This document shows positions 61,993 to 64,000 of a DNA stretch of 64,000 nucleotides, one piece after another. Position numbers and translations under genes: made by a program. Position 1 is the first letter of the stretch. Each line of letters starts with the position of its first letter. Source of the stretch: Azolla caroliniana (lineage: Eukaryota > Plantae > Polypodiophyta); NCBI GenBank assembly GCA_043228905.1, contig JBHGNT010000003.1:10416001-10480000 (forward strand). The letters are read 5' to 3'. A model generated the notes under the pieces. That model had not been told where the DNA came from and did not search any database. It was given only the letters and a program-made list of their open reading frames with translations.

Positions 61993-62170
61993 CCATCCTT
62001 GTGAAGGGCACAAACTAAAAAAGCCATGGAGGAGAATATCGTATTTAGGGTTTAGATTAGCCATCCTTGTGAAGGGCACAAACTAAAAAAACCATGGATG
62101 ATAATATCGTATTTAGGGTTTAGATTGGCTATCCTTGTGAAGGGCACCATGGATGATAATATCGTATTTA
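61993..62170. repeat. About 2.6 tandem copies of a ~68 bp unit
   Basis: CCATCCTTGTGAAGGGCACAAACTAAAAAA..AATATCGTATTTAGGGTTTAGATT. Confidence 0.85.
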
Positions 62171-63096
62171 AGAACAACTCATTGGCTTTATGTACCTAAT
62201 AGTCTGCATCGTACTAACACATTGATATACTGCATATGCACTCATAAGGAACAAAAGACTAAACATTGCACGCGAACCATACTTTTGATTCATGAAGGAC
62301 ATGAACAAAAACAGTCGTCAATAAATGCTTATAACTATCATAATTAAGGATGAAACATTGGATTAGTCTATTAAATAACCTTGATTCATTTAGCAGCTAA
62401 TGGAAGAAAGTATAAGCACCTATATATTTTACCATGTTTTCAAATAGCAAAAAGTGCCAATTGTCGTTAAGTCGTTTTAAAAACTTGTAAGAGTCAAAAT
62501 GAAGCGCTCAAAATTTCCCAAACTAATCCACGAGAGTGATGTCTTTGATATGCCAAAAATGTGACAAGATGAGGATGATAACATGATGGATATGAGGAAT
62601 TGTATTTTATTGTCAAAATGATTCTAGTAACTATAATAGTTTCTCATTTTAGTTTATCTACAAATACAACTACAAATCACAATATTGAATTATGAAGGTG
62701 TGAAAGAGAAGTAGTTAAACTTAAATCTAGTTTTATTTCCCTTCTTTTCCTGCATGGAGTTATTGCATTATGTCACAATGCAATGGGCATGGTCACTCTT
62801 GGATCGCCCATAAACAGTGACAATCCTATAAAACTTATGTTAGAATAGGATTTTATAGACTTGGGTCGGGGTAAGAGAGATCATGTATCAATACCATTTA
62901 AAAAATAGAACAAATTGAAGAGTTAGTTTAGTGAAACTACTCACTAACTCAAACATGGCACAATGTATACAACCAATACCAAAGAGCGTAAAACTAAATT
63001 TGTAAGTGTTCATTGAACAATTTAAGAGGGAAAGAAAGAGAAATGGAATTGCCAAACCGAAAGGGATTATTAACCAGCACATTAATCCACACAAAC

Positions 63097-63537
63097 AAAC
63101 ATACATGCACGTGCGCCCATATACACTTTATCATTATTTACAAGAGAGTTTAAATTTACATTTCTCATTTACAAGAATAAACTAATGGTTCAACACAAGA
63201 ATTATCCGCATAACCTTGTGAAAGTATATCAAAATGTGGGAGAGCAAAGATGAGGGTAAAAAAACCCTCATCATTTCCAATATGTGCAAGTTTAAATAAG
63301 GAGGCATGTTGTAGAAGGTGGGTGAAACATACATGCACGTGCACACCATATACACTTTATCATTTTTTACAAGAGAGTTTAAATTTACATTTCTCATTTA
63401 CAAGAATAAACCAATGGTTCAACACAAGCATTATCCGCATAACCTTGTGAAAGTATATCAAAATGTGGGAGAACAAAGATGACCAAACTCTCACCATTTC
63501 CAATAGGCGCCAGTTTAAATAAGGAGGCATGTTGCAG
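63097..63537. repeat. Tandem duplication of about 230 bp
   Basis: AAACATACATGCACGTGC..TTTAAATAAGGAGGCATGTTG occurs at about 63097-63312 and 63326-63534. Confidence 0.88.
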
Positions 63538-64000
63538 GGTGGGTGCTTATCATCATAAAATGGGGGGTATAGCTTATAAGAGAAGTAACATCGATGAACA
63601 AGAGTGTAAGAGGACAAAGAAGAATGTGTGAGGTGCAAGAAAATACAAGGGAATAATGAGATAGTGTAAGAGATAGACGAAGTCTAGAAGGATGTACTAA
63701 TAAAGTCAATAAGTGCTAGAGGAAGGGGGGGGGGGGGGGGGAGTATATGTATGGGAGAAAATTAAGAAAGGTGAAACTCGAGAGTAAAAAGGGTGACATG
63801 AGGGGCATGAGAATACATGACATGAGGAGAACTTCGGACCAAAGGAATAAAGGTTTGTTGCTTGCTCCTATTCTAATGAATCACTAGATTCATCCACCTT
63901 TTCTTCTTAGTTGCCTAAATGGGGAAATGTTTTGATGAAAGTTTGTGGCATGTGAGCCACAAATATTTATATATATGTATAGTATTTTGGGATATTGTTG

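Overview
Eukaryotic, non-seed land-plant-like nuclear DNA (a fern is my best guess; inferred from the mix of retrotransposon types, not provable here). It holds three host genes: a plastid-targeted ferroportin (IREG3/FPN3-like, +), a UcpB-like mitochondrial carrier (-) and an intronless OCTOPUS/DUF740-like gene (+). There is also one tRNA-Trp(CCA) gene. Two transposon blocks dominate: 1-10.6 kb (copia elements plus a DUF7869/Sola-like relic) and 25.5-57.2 kb (a deeply nested LTR-retrotransposon pile containing a very young intact copia). Family letters A-G are my own labels. The most striking observation is a non-chromovirus Ty3/gypsy family (C), present as two divergent copies, with no polypurine tract. 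At the PPT position both copies carry a conserved sense copy of the 3' third of a tRNA-Arg ending in CCA, 2 nt before the 3' LTR. The complete copy therefore has two inward-facing tRNA primer sites, suggesting tRNA- or tRNA-mimic-primed plus-strand synthesis. Other notable items are Tf1-style self-priming elements, a 721-bp fold-back element that looks like a fossilised self-priming intermediate, tRNA-like Pol III modules inside LTRs, and a tRNA-Trp-primed gypsy whose PBS matches the local tRNA gene 18/18. All coordinates were read by eye; no database searches were run.
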